From: the human T2T-CHM13v2.0 reference genome, Homo sapiens
Assembly (NCBI RefSeq): GCF_009914755.1
Contig: NC_060930.1
Direction: 5' to 3' (one strand)
DNA: 64,000 nucleotides
The translations under genes were made by a program, and so were the position numbers. Shown here piece by piece: positions 18,601 to 33,276 of this stretch. How positions within the stretch are numbered: the stretch's first letter is position 1; each line of letters opens with the position of its first letter. Under the pieces are notes generated by a model. The model had not been told where the DNA came from. It saw only the letters and a program-made list of their open reading frames with translations, and searched no databases.

Positions 18601-20311
18601 CAAATATATTTATATACCCACTAGAGGTATGTCAATGCCAGTTTAACCCAGATTCACCAACAATGAAAATTATTGAAATAACTGCTAATAATACATAAGA
18701 AGAGCATCTTATTTTAATTTGTATTTTTTAATTGTTGTGTTGAGTATTTGTACCTATGGTTATTGTTTGTATTTCTTTGTCTAAATATAGCTTGCTTGTG
18801 TCCTTTGTCCATTATTTGGCCAAGGTTTTAATATCTTCCTTGTTAATTTATAATCAAGGATATCAACATTTTGTTATATTAGTCTCAAGATATTTCATAG
18901 TTTATTTGCCTTGGAATTTTTTTGGTGACACTTTAGGACATGTAGAAATTTAATATTTTTACTTAGTCTAATCTATTAATATTTCCCTTTGTGATTTCTT
19001 CCATTGTTTTGTCCTTAGAAAGTTTTGCTTTAAACAGTATAGAATTTTGTTTTAATGATCTAAATTATTACATTTATCTCTGGAATGTATTTTGGTATAT
19101 GATACAAGTTGTCAATCTAACTCTCTCCCCATTATAGTAACCAATTGCCCTAAACAATTTATGGAGTAAATCTTTCTTATTCCCAATGATTTGTGCTGTT
19201 ATTATATATTGAATTATATAACATACACTGATGTCAACTTGTAATGGAACAAAATATAATGTAGCAAATATAATTTTACTTACTATCCAACACTAAAAGC
19301 TGTAACATCTTATACAATTTATATTTAAAGATTTGAAAAAAATTACTAGTAAGGTTTAGGACATTCTGTCCCCCAGAAGCCATGAGTTATATATATTTTA
19401 TGGGTATCCACTCCATGTTTTACACTTTTGCTTGTTGTGAATAGATGTATTTGTAAAGAACTGTGTTTTTCAAAACAACCTACATTACTGTTATTATAAT
19501 TTTAGGAATATAACACAACTACTGACTAGCTAATCCTTTCCCCCATTAATTTTGACCACTTGTACTAAGTTCCCATATATACATAGGTCTCTTTCTGTAC
19601 TTTCTATTCCGTTTCCTTAACCCATTTATCCATCTTTGTGCCAATATCCCACTGTCTTAGTTACTATAGCTTTATAATAAATTTTGTTACCTAGCAGGGA
19701 AGAGCTCTTTGCTCAGAATTATCTTGGCTTTTCTTAGACCTCTAATTTTCTATATAAATTAAAGATTTACCTTGTCACATGAAAAATCTTGCTGGGATTT
19801 TGACTGGACTTGAATTATGTTTGTAGATTAATTTGGAGGATAATTATCTTTTCGATACTGGCTCTTTTCATCATGTATCTACCCATCTAGTTTTTTTACA
19901 CATGTGGTTTTTAAATATTATTTTCTTTTTAAAAGTGAATTAAAGCTAATTAATTTTAAATTATCTATATTGTAGAACTAAAATAAAATTTACTAACACT
20001 ATATCCTTGCAATTTTGTTAACAAATAAAAATAAAACTTGTTAATTAAGAACAAAACTGAAAACAGAAAAAATTTTTATAAAAAATATAGATATAGGCAA
20101 TAACAGCCAAACAAAGAATTTTTTTGAATTTTTATCTTACTGAACTTGCTGAATACTTATGAAATTAATTAAAATTTGGAATCACTGGCTAGAAATATAC
20201 ACAATATACACAGGAGTCACTGGAGCCTTCATATCATCAATATCCATCAGGGTTCATACTTCTAATTGTCTTTTTCTTTTGGATTCGGATCCACATAAGT
20301 ACACATATTAT

Positions 20312-20615
20312 CATTAGTATTATTTTTTTTTTTTTTGAGACGGAATCTCGCTCTGTCGCCCAGGCTGGAGTGCAGTGGCGTGAACTCGGCTCACTGCAAG
20401 CTCCGCCTCCCCGGGTTCACGCCATTCTCCTGCCTCAGCTTCCCAAGTAGCTGGGACTACAGGCGCTCGCCACCACGCCCGGCTGATCTGTATTTTTAGT
20501 AGAGACGGGGTTTCACCATGTTAGCCAGGACGGTCTTGATTTCCTGACCTCGTGATCCGCCCACCTCGGCCACCAAAAGTGCTGGGATTACAGACGTGAG
20601 CCACAGCGCCCGGCC
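20312..20615 (-). mobile_element. AluY
   Basis: Y diagnostics, TSD gtacacatattat. Confidence 0.96.
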
Positions 20616-20740
20616 TCGTACACATATTATTGGCTGAAATGTCTCTTACTTTTTTTTTTTTTTTTTTTAAATCTATAGGTTTCCCGTCCAGCTTTTCTTT
20701 TTTTTCTTTATAATTTATTTGTTAAAGAAACCAGGTTGTT

Positions 20741-21186
<446 letters not shown>

Positions 21187-21989
21187 TTAGTTAGTAGTTA
21201 AATCAGGAGATTTGACCCAATTCACCTTCAGGTATTTGGGCAAGGCAAGTTTGTAGGTGGCATTGTGTTAGGAGCCCTATAATATCTGCTGTGTCTCTTT
21301 GTGACATTATTATTTGTTAGTATAAAATGTCTAGCTCCATTAATTCATTAGGGATTGGAGAATGCTGATATTCTAATTCTATCATTTTTGTTTGTTAGCT
21401 AGAATATTTTGTTTGTTAGTTTGATTGATTGTTAGCTAGAATACTTTCATAAAGAGAGATTCATTGTCATCTACTTTCGGTTATCCATTGATACAACTCA
21501 TATAGGAAAGGGGATACATGCTTGATTTTCTTCCCTTTATTGACCAATTCTCTAAACAAAATTTGGTTCCTTAGCATCCTCCAATAGTGGCAATTTGTTT
21601 TCTTCTTTCTTCCCCATAGTATGTTAGTAAACTCATGGATTTAAGAATTTTTAATGTTTCAATGTGTTGCCATTATTATCCTCATTGACACTCAAATTTT
21701 CCCTTCTTTGGCCAGTGGGAGCCTCTTCAGGTATATTCCTGGGTCCTTTTGACACTCCAATAGTCTTTGATAACATTATTGCTATCTGTGTTGACAAGAT
21801 GTTTCAGGACCAATTTCTAACTTTCTGGTCCCAGACCTGGAATCAAACATTTATCCAAAGAGCCCTGGTTCAGTTTAGTGTAAAATTATATTTGGAGATA
21901 AAAATATGGTGTTAGGATACTCATTGCTACTGAAGTCATCATTATTTTGGGCAGTTTCAGTGGGCAGAGCTAGGAAATATAGAAAGAAA

Positions 21990-22287
21990 GCTGGCCATGG
22001 TGGCACATGCTTGTAGTCTCAGCTATTCAGGAGGCTGAGGCAGGCAGGTCCCTTGAGCCCAGGAGTTCTGGGCTGAAATGTGATATGCCAATTGGGGGTC
22101 CACACTAAATACAGCATTAATATGGTGACCTCCTGGGAGCAGGGGACCACCAACTTGCTTAAGGAGGGGTGAACCGGCCCGGGTTGGAAACGGAGCAGGT
22201 CAAAACTCTGGTTCTGTCAGTAGTAAGATTGCCCCTGTGAAGGGCCACTGCACTCCACCCTGGGCAACATAGCAAGAACCCATCTCT
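21990..22287 (+). pseudogene. Full-length 7SL (SRP RNA) retropseudogene
   Basis: Alu domain plus S domain (aaggaggggtgaaccggccc..ggaaacggagcaggtcaaaact), followed by an A tail. Confidence 0.96.
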
Positions 22288-22889
22288 AGAAAAAAAAAAA
22301 AAAAGGAAGACAGAAAGAGATCAGATCTGAGAGAGAGAAAATTAGGAGCTCGTAATGATATTTCCAATTCAAAATGAGGAAACAGACCTGATCCAACGTC
22401 TATACTGTAGATATACATCTATAGTGAAATATCTTTCACTATATTTTTATATTAACCCCTCCTTTTCCATTCCATTGGCATCACAACAACCAGGCCCTTG
22501 ACATCCTATGCTTGAATAATAAGACAGTTTTCTAACTGGTTTTCTTCTATCTTGACCTCCCTGCCTCCAAGCCATTCTACATTTCATAACTAGATAGACA
22601 ATCTTAGAATACCTATGTGACCTTGTTGTTTCCCCATTCATAAAAAATCTTTAGTATTTCTTACTGTCCAAATGATAAAATCCATATTTCTCATCCTATT
22701 CAGTGACCCCTACCTACCACTTTGGTCTTATCACCATCCTTCTGACTCTTCTATGCAAACTTGTAGCTTCAATTAACCTACCCTGTAAACACAATTTTCA
22801 TATTTTTCTTTCATATCTTTGCATAAGCAATTTCACTCCCTAAAATGTCCTTTTCTTTTTGCATCTAAATTATATCAATTTTCAAGACT

Positions 22890-23320
22890 GTTATAAAAAC
22901 AGAACTGGCTGGTTCCATTACCCAATATTTGGTTCCCATCCAAAATTTGGTTTGAATGTCAACATTGATGATGCCACATACTTACCAAGAGGACAGAAAA
23001 GGTTCATTACTCACATAATGAGGCTTTGCATGGAAAGCAGGCAAGGCTCCCAAGCTAGTCCAAAAATGCATTGAGAGAGCAGGGAAAGTAGACTGGCTTG
23101 GATTTTATTGTGATTAGGGAGTGGGGTTTGGTTTAAAGTTCCCACATAGGATGGGGCTTGTGTGGTTTGAATTTACTGCCAACAGCAAAGGAGGGGTTTC
23201 TCTGGGCAAGTCAAGTTTCTTATTGGCTTGCTCAGATGTGGGGCAGGAGGCATATACCTATAATGGGGCTGAAAGCTCTCAGCAGTCAAACATTAACAAT
23301 AGAGTCAGACTACTTATTAT
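22890..23320 (-). mobile_element. Old ERVL-type LTR (MER74-like)
   Basis: gatgatgccaca...aaaaggttcattactcacataatgaggc motif. Confidence 0.5.
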
Positions 23321-23890
23321 TGAGACCCAATCCAAATCCCACTGACTTTCCTGGTCCTTGGTCATCATTCTTTCTTCTGAATTCCCAGCATTCAGCATTT
23401 GCCGCCTCATCCTATTATTTACCCTTCTCTATATTCAACTATGGAAATAAATTTAATTACTTTAGTCATACCTCCAAGGGGTGAATCCAAGTTTTATAGG
23501 TCCTGACGCTTAAACATTTTGGAGTGTGGCATAAACACTCCACATTTTCATAAAGTCTCTCTTTATGACAAAGAATATAAAATAGGTACCAGGCTTTGAA
23601 AGGAGATGTGCTTGTGAGAGCCCTGAAGCTTTAGCTTCGTTAGCTTTATGGGAAATCTGCTCTGCTTTCCTGCTGTGCACTGAAAATTAATTTTTTTTAT
23701 AGCAGTAAAGTTGACTTTTATTGGTTACAGTTCTATGAGTTTTTGCACATGCATACATAGGTTCTTGTAACCACTATGACTGACGGTACAGAGCACGATT
23801 CAACACACCAAAGAACCCCTTGTATTTCCACTCTGTATCCAGATTCTCCCAATACCCTCTTGTATATTTTGACTCCTCCACTAGATTGTA

Positions 23891-23971
23891 TTAGGTTGGT
23901 GCAAAAGTAATTGTGGTTTTTGCCATTACTTTTAAGTTGCAAAAACCGCAATTGCTTTTGCACCAACCTAA
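23891..23971. mobile_element. MADE1, full length palindromic MITE
   Basis: ttaggttggtgcaaaagtaattg...cttttgcaccaacctaa. Confidence 0.97.
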
Positions 23972-24604
23972 ATAACATTGTGAAAGTAGCAGCTTTATGA
24001 TACTGTATTTCTCTTGCACAGTGCCCTATGGGCAGTGGGCACCTTGTAAAAGTCGATTGTTATTGATGATAATGAGGACAAAGATGGCATTTTGTTTTAC
24101 AGTAAGATAAATATTTTATAATGAATAAAGATGTTAAGTATATTCTCTGATAAATATTAGATAAGAAGCCTTCAATTAAACAAAGTCAGAATTCGCAAAA
24201 TTAAAAATATTATCATGTTTTGTTTGAGACCCTCAGTGATGAAGTTTGTGAAATTCAACTGATTTTAGATGCCTCCTTTTGCTTGACATTTGGTTTAATT
24301 GTCACAGCATAATGCCTTGAACATGTAGATGTTCAATAAATACTTGGTGATTTAAATTAGTCAACTACTATAATTGGCTCAATCAGAAGTTACTAAGGCT
24401 AAACTCCAAGTAGCATTAAAAATATACCTTTTCAAATGAAGCAAGTTGAGAAAGTAGAAGTAAAGGTCTTTTGCTGAAATATCAATTGAGATATTAAATA
24501 ACTCCTGGATAGCCTCAATGCCCCAGTTCCAAAATGATTTTGTAGAGTTCAGATTGGATTAATTTTCACCAAGCTCATCTGCAGTAGATGCATACCTGAC
24601 TTAC

Positions 24605-24663
24605 TGTTTTGACTACTACTAGACCTTAAATCACCACTACTAGCCCTTAAATTTTCACTTAAT
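24605..24663 (-). pseudogene. Candidate 59-nt pseudo-exon
   Basis: ttttcaatttcAG acceptor, GTAAGT donor, single open frame LSENLRASSGDLRSSSSQN. Confidence 0.5.
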
Positions 24664-25030
24664 CTGAAATTGAAAATGATTTTCCAAACAAGGAAAGGAG
24701 GAATCGAAATGCTCTTCTCATTTCCTTAATGCCTAATGATGAATTGTTTTCAAATATCACTGTATATCTGACCATCACAGGAAATAATTGTACTGTGGCT
24801 GGCTCATTGCAGAGCAAGGAAAGGGTCATACAACTGAGCATTCCAGATAAAAGTCCAATTAAGCTCAAAATAGTTCCTCACAGAGTTAAGAGAAAAGGTT
24901 AAGAAGGCATAGGCTTTAGCTCCCGATTGCATCTTCTTTCTCTGTGATTAATTGTATTAACCAAAAAGTGTTAATGTAGCCTGAGACCAAGGTCAGGAGT
25001 TCTGGTTCCTTCTGTCTTCCTGCCACTCAC

Positions 25031-25168
25031 CTGGAAGCCTTACCATCAGAGTCTAGTCAACAACCAGGTGGTTTGCTTGTTTAACAGGAAAACAAACCAA
25101 AGTGCTGGTGAAACTTTCAAGAAAAACCAGTCTTAGCAGCAGCTGGCGGCCAGCCAACATAGAATTCT
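25031..25168 (-). pseudogene. Candidate 138-nt juxtamembrane pseudo-exon
   Basis: tctttgattctccAG acceptor, CAG|GTGAGT donor. Begins RILCWLAASCC*, with stops in all frames. Confidence 0.55.
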
Positions 25169-27339
25169 CTGGAGAATCAAAGACATTTTTATCCTGGTCT
25201 ATAGGCCTAGGGATTTGAAACAGTGTGATCATTCCCGGAAGGGGAGCACAGGTTTACAAAATGCCGTCTTTAGTAATAGTGCCATGTAATGTCTTTTAAA
25301 GCTGGTTAATGGTTGCTTTATTCACCTTTATGTGAAAGATTTATCTGCATAGACCAGACTTTCGGCTATGGAGTATTTCCCATTGTGTCTAAAAATGATA
25401 AGACTAGTTATTTCTTACATTCAACCCTTTTGAGGAATTAGCTGGCCATTTGTTTGTCTCTTTGGTTTTACTCTCCTTAATTCCCAGGCATTTACAATCA
25501 TCCAAATTGGGTTTGATTAGCATAAGCTAGATTTCCCACAAGAGTCTCCTAATACATTTCTTCTGCAATCAAGTCCCAGTAGGACACAGTAAGCTCCTCT
25601 TGTTCATCCAGTGTGTCATTCAAACAGATACCAAAGAGAGATGCATAAGATCATTGGCACTTGATCATGACAAAAGAGTGAGGTTGCAGCATGAGGCTCA
25701 GAAACCAATGCAATAACAGTAAAGATAAAGGTAAGTCAAGGCAGCAGAGCTCTGCTACTGCTGCTGTTAAGATCCATGCTCTCAGCCACTGTTTAGAAAC
25801 AAAAGTTGATAACAAGGGAGTTGTGACTTTTTTTTAAGAACAAAATTTCTGTAAAATTTATCAAATAAGGGAAGACTTTATTGCATCATTAAAATGAATC
25901 TCATGGCTGTCCAAGGACAGGGACTGCAGGGTGAAGAAGATTCTTTTTCAAGCGTTACATGGGTTTTTTTTCTCTCATGGTGTCTCTCTGTGGGTTTTTC
26001 TTTTTTGTGATTTTTGCCTGAGAGCTGCTTATTCTTTCGGAACTTTATCTGTGGAATCCTTTGAGACCTAGATTGAAGTTGAGACTACCAACCCGGGCAC
26101 TCTAGGAATTATATTCCGTGCTTAAGGTATTTCAGACTACACCGATAGCATTTGGATTGCAAGCCATGTGAGGACTAGCTTGTGGTTCTGAATACACACA
26201 GGAGATGGTTTAACCCTTCGTTCAGCACTGAGATCAAGAGAGACATAATTCCTTGCTGCTACCTTCTGTAGATCAGGGTCTCTTTTTCATTCACTTAAGC
26301 ACTACAGGTGTAGACTTCTGGGTTTCAATGTTATGTGGGAGGTCATCATTTAGATTACCCATCTTGGGTGGGTCCCTATATCTCTGTGCAACCCCTCAAA
26401 GCAGAAGCTCAGATCCTCCAGGGATTGGCAGAAACTTTCAGGATGAAAGCTAGCTTTGATGTTCACTTACCAGCCAGGGTTCCTGATCTGATCATATTTT
26501 GGCAACTATAGAGTCCTTTACTTTATGCCAGCTCATTGATGCATTTAAATCATTTTTTAAAATATTAGCTAACATTTTAGTTGCCTCATTTGGGGAGTTT
26601 GGAAGCTTGAGAATTAATCTTCCAGTGTCTCTACTTCAATATAAACATCTCTCTGTGCTTCTTCTCTACTAGGTAAGCTGATCCTGTTTAGTCAAAGTTC
26701 CCAGCCTTCCAGAATTCCAACTTACTGTGGCTTTCCATGACTAAGGCCTCTTTGATTCTGACTCTACTTCAGTTTCTACTGTCACTGCCATTTGCCCCTG
26801 TCACTTCAACTCCAATTAAGAGAGGAATCGAATTTTCAAGTCAAGCCATTCAGGTTCATAGGTCCTTGATTACTGCTGTTGTGTCAGCGTCTACACTAGG
26901 TTCAGTCAAGTGTGGTCAGTGGGCGTATGTGTGTTTTGGGGTGGGGGAATGGTAGGGCCATGTGCTCAGAACATGGCCACCATTCCTTAACAGGGCTGTG
27001 AGCAGGTTGTTTCTCATAGAAGAGGGTATGAGAAGGAAACAGAAAACATTTCTAGTACAAAAATCTATAAGAACAATACTCCTTCTCCCCTGCCTTAAAA
27101 AACACACGAACACACCAAAAATAGTTGGATGAGATCCAAGGTAGAGAGGGTTTCTATCAAATTCTTCCCCATGGTGAGATGAATGGTTATTGTGAGGTGA
27201 TAACATGATAGCCAGAGGAGAATCCTGCATTAGGACTTAGTATCAGTGGCTATGGCCCTTAAGCTCATTTCTCTGCTTATACAGCATTAAAGACAACGAC
27301 ATTATTGCAGCTACTACATGAAAATCGCAATAGACTCAC

Positions 27340-27419
27340 CAAAACCAGCTTAGGAATGACACTAGCAACTTTTATTAAAAACTCAATTTTAAATGTTACC
27401 AAAATGCCCAAGAGATCAT
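27340..27419 (-). pseudogene. Candidate 80-nt hydrophobic (TM-like) pseudo-exon
   Basis: gtattttAG acceptor, TTG|GTGAGT donor, open frame DLLGILVTFKIEFLIKVASVIPKLVL ending in phase 0. Confidence 0.55.
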
Positions 27420-28399
27420 CTAAAATACACGTTTGTATCTCCCCAGTGCAATAATTGAGTAAAATTAGGTACAGCATTGACCATTCCTTTTCCTCCAGCT
27501 ACGGCTGCTTTACAGCTAACCTTCTTGAAAACACTGTCCATAAGCACTGCCTCCACTTTTCTACCTCCTATTTTCTCCTTAATTTACTCTAACTTGTACC
27601 ACAACCATTAACACTACACAGAAACTTCATGGGAAGAGAGAGCTTGTCTGTTTTATTCACTATAGTAGCTCTAGCATCAAAGAGAGTATCTAACACATAA
27701 TAGGTTTTCAATAAATATTTGTTAAATAAATAAATGCAATGGAATGCTAACCACCTATTAAAATGATAATATTGATGGAGTTTTTAATAATATGGAGAAA
27801 TATTTAGGATAAAATGCTAAACAGGAAAAAGGGTAGAAAAGTATATATATCATATGATCTCAATTATTAAAATGCATGGAAAAAAGACTAGAAAGAAATA
27901 TGCTAAAATGTTAATAGTGGTTTTCTGGAGTGGGATTGGAAATGATGATCTTTTCTTTTTGTGTACTTTTTACCTTCCACCAAACTTTAATATGGGTGGC
28001 TTTTATAATTAAGCAAAAACCATAACCAAGCACCAACATAAAGGACATGGCATTATATTTCAAAGTACCTTACGTTAAAGCTCAAAGGACAAATATTGTT
28101 GTACTTACTGAAGATAATGTACCATATGAGATCACATTTGGTAAGTGTAGATTGTTCAGATGATAATAGATGTTGTTACCTATCATGTAATTGTTTCAGT
28201 CTCATCTCTCCAATCATATAACAACCACCTTGCCACAAAAGCCACAAGAGCAAACCATTTATTGGGTGGTTATCATGTGAGACACATGCATTGTTTCATT
28301 AAACCATCACACTAATCCTCTGAGGGAAGTATGATTATTACAGTATTACCAATTTTCTATGAGACATACAGTGTGCATGGAATTTGCCTAGGATGACGC

Positions 28400-28668
28400 T
28401 GCTAGCAAATGGACCATATCAAGGGCACTTCTTAATCGCGGATCTGGGAACCTTTGACTTTTATTGCTTAACACTTTTCAGAGTGGTTTATCCTGTGCCA
28501 GAAGCAAGATGCTAGAAACACAGTCTACAGATGTTAGCTAGGAACCTGCCATTGCAGCAATTTTCAGTGACTGCTGCACACATTGGAGTAGGTGTGTTAT
28601 TTTCCCACTGTGGTTGGCAGAAGTAAAACAAGAATTCATGGCTGGTTTGCATCAGGGTGGGTACTGGG
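28400..28668 (-). pseudogene. Pseudo-exon, LRRC37 C-terminal helical domain-like
   Basis: gcttttccttttAG acceptor. ITHLLQCVQQSLKI..C..HLASGTG*/PL*KVLS versus VRRLIAHVIRTLKMDC..CAKLISRTGHLMKLLS, with frameshifts. AATAAA on the minus strand near 28461. Confidence 0.5.
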
Positions 28669-29209
28669 CTAAAAGGAAAAGCGCCTAGTGAAAATAATTT
28701 GGAGATGTGTTGTCATTGTTGAAAAATGTATAAAAGCAAAGTATGTTCCATCAACAAAATATGCTTTCGAAAATCTGTACTTCACATAGATAAATGGAAG
28801 CCACGTGGGCTGAACTGGGCCAGGACACCGCATATTGGCTGCTGAGAGGTCCAGGTGTGTGGTAGGACAGGTTGCATAGCAGCAGTAGCCATGGCCCTTG
28901 GCCTTAACAACAGTCTCTGGGTATGCCATTAGAAAATAAAAGAACTTTCCTTTTTTTTTTTTTTTTAATTGAGAAAGTTACATGCACATGGTAAAAAATG
29001 TACAAAAGAGAATACAGTGAAAAGTCATCTCCCACACAACCCTCAATTTCTCTCCCCAGAGACAACCATTGTTACCAGCTTCTTGAGTGTTCTTCCAGAA
29101 ATATTTTAAAGATAAAAGTATATATTTAATATTTTTGTGTATGGTCTTTGAAACACACACGTGGTATCAAATTATACCCACCTCCCTTCTTCCCCTTTAA
29201 TAGGTCTTA

Positions 29210-29362
29210 GCAGAGTTGTCATATGTAGTTGTGCACAGGCACTTGGTTGAGGGGAGAATGGAAGCTGAAATTCAGTAAACTGTGTTCTCTGGCAGGGCCT
29301 GGGCCTGCCTGTAAGAGGGCACCTTTTCTCAATTTGCACAAAGGTACCATCTTAGGCTCTGA
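29210..29362. mobile_element. MER91-like hAT element
   Basis: gctgaaattcag...ggcaccttttctcaatttgcacaaagg. Confidence 0.55.
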
Positions 29363-29674
29363 AATATGTCCTTATCAGCATATAGAGATCTATTCCACTC
29401 TTTTTCATCATTGCAGAATATTTTGTTGTAATGGATAAGCAATATGTTAGCTAGTTTCCTATTGGTGCACATTTGGATTCTTTCTAATCTTTTCCTCTTA
29501 GAAAAAAGAAATGTCCTTGTCTAAACATTTTTGTGCACCTGTGTGAGCCCGTCTGAGGAATAAGTTTGGGGGCACCACTTTTGAGATTCTGAAACAGGTG
29601 GTTTCAAATGAGAAACAAAATACATTGATTTTTAAAAGATTTGAACTGCAGAGTCATTTTTTTAATTTTTGTAA

Positions 29675-30317
<643 letters not shown>

Positions 30318-31217
30318 AATGACTAGGGCCCAGAAGAAGAAAGCAAACACTTCCTGTAGCAGCTAGAGGTCAACTGTCAAGGCTACCAATTCATTTCTTC
30401 TCCTGGGCCCTAGTCATTCACGATGATGCCATTCCTCTTTGAGCTGTCCTCCCTACTCCCAGAATTGTCTGCATCAGCAGGGCCTAGATTTGAGCAACTC
30501 TCTCCCTTGTTCTTGGGGAGGTTCTTGTTCAATGAAATTCAGAAGACTAAGAATTTACCACTTGATTTCCAGGAGAGAGTGTAATTCATTGTCACACCTC
30601 TGAAGGCCTTGGCTTTGCTGCTATTAAATGTCAATAAATCTCTGACTCTCCAAAATACAGAGAGAGTATAATGCTGAAGCGAAGGGATTTACATGAAAGA
30701 ATTTTTATTCTTAGAGGCAATATAGTATCATAAACAGGGCAGGGCCTATAGAATCAACAAAATAGGGACTAGAATGCTCGATCAGCCATGCTTGATTATG
30801 TGTGAAAAACGATTTGCACATAGCAGGCAATCAATAACTGAAATTGATAAAGATGATGATGATGATGATCATGACAGTGAGGCACTCAATGTGAATGAAT
30901 AAGGAAATAGATACATTGTGGAAATCATGCTGGGTGTTCCATAGATGTTAACTGATGTTCGCCCCAAATGGATAAGTATCATATCTCCATTTTAAAGACA
31001 ATGCCATAGAAGTGAAAAAACCTGTTCAAGGATTTGCAGCTACTAGAAGAAGGGCTGTTATATAATCCATGCTCCTCCACGTGCCAGTTGATGTTCCTTT
31101 CCTAGATATACATACTAATTTTTTAAAAGGGAAGTAAGCAATGTTTTAATGGGTTCTAAATAGTGAGTTATATAAGTTCATTCTTTCTGCCTTCTGAAGA
31201 CCATTTTTTTCCAGCAA

Positions 31218-31519
31218 TTTTTTTTTCTTTTTTTTTTGAGACAGAGTTTTACTCTGTCACCCAGGCTGAAGTGCAGTGGCGCCATCTTGGTTCACTGCAA
31301 CCTCAGCCTCCTGGGCTCAAGTGATCCTCCCACCTCAGCCTCTTGAGTAGCTGGGACTACAGGCATGTACCACCAAGCCCGGCCAATTTTTGTATTTTTT
31401 ATAGAGATGAGACTTCATCATCTTACCCAGGCTAGTCTTGAACCCCTGGACTCAAGCGATCTGTCTTCCTCAGCCTCCCAAAGTGCTGGGAATACAGGTG
31501 TGAGCCACTATGCCCAGCC
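31218..31519 (-). mobile_element. AluJ
   Basis: Full dimer. Confidence 0.93.
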
Positions 31520-32200
31520 AACTTATATAAAACATTTGAATTTTAAGAGTAGCTTTTGCTCAGTAACAATACAAAAGATGGATTGTTAGGACAACAGATT
31601 TACTAACAAGAAGGCTCAGGTATCTGAAAAATTAGTAAAGTCCTCCTGAAGAAGCCTTTGATCCACAATTCTATAAAAATGTATTTTCACAATGAAGAGG
31701 TATTTGCTGATTTCTGTAGCCTTGAATATTTTGCTTTGTATTATGTACTTTTTTTAGTGTGTATTTCAGCTTTAAAGAAACTTTTCTATATTCTTTATCC
31801 TCCATATTCATCTTTCCAGTTATGAAATATATCAGGTTCTTAATTCCTTTCTCCATTGCTAAACCAGAATCTAGACAGCTTATTTCTCTTATGTTGTTCC
31901 AACTCTTTGGTGGTAGATTTTCCTGTTTCTCATCTTCCCCTTTTTTTTTTTTTTTTTTTTTTTGAAAAATATGACTTGTATCAACAAACAACATTTGGGG
32001 ATAGGAGGAAGGAAGATAAGATAGCCCTGCGGGAAATGAGGCCATGAAGCTTTGTCTGTTTGGAAAGCTACAAGTGTAGGTTGTTGCATGCCTGACAGTG
32101 GTTGCCCTCTGACCTGGACCATTGGTTCTACATATCCTTATAATGTGAGTTGAAGGAATCAGTTGATGAATGCTGCTGTTCAAAATGGGCAAATGTTCTC
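31520..32200 (-). pseudogene. Decayed coding-like segment between two Alus
   Basis: 173-aa ORF (EDEKQENLPPKSWNNIREISCLDSGLAMEKG...), interrupted by a homopolymer run at 31941-31963. Confidence 0.35.
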
Positions 32201-32208
32201 ATTTACTC

Positions 32209-32523
<315 letters not shown>

Positions 32524-32608
32524 TAAACAATATCATCCTTCTTTTTTGCTGGATCTACTCATGCTAAAAGTCAGGCTAAATGAACATTTAATATTTTTGT
32601 GCTTTCTA

Positions 32609-32966
<358 letters not shown>

Positions 32967-33070
32967 GGAAGTTATTTACATACATCCAAGATTATCATTT
33001 CTGAGGTGCTCACAAGACATGGCATAAGGTGGGTGTGGCAGGTGAAGGAATGATCCTGGTCTATTGTGGA

Positions 33071-33276
33071 TACGGTTGCCAGCTAAAATATAGGACAACT
33101 GATAAAATACAGGATAAAATTTGAATTTCAGATAAACAATGAATATTTTTAAAAAGTGTAAGTATGTACCATGCAATATTCAGGTTATACTTATACTAAT
33201 AAGTTATTCATTATTGATCTGAAATATAAATTAAACTGGTATCTTGTATTTTAATTTGCTAATTCTGGCAACTCTA
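33071..33276. mobile_element. MER53 palindromic MITE
   Basis: ggttgccag...tttgaatttcagataaacaa...ctggcaactcta. Confidence 0.88.
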
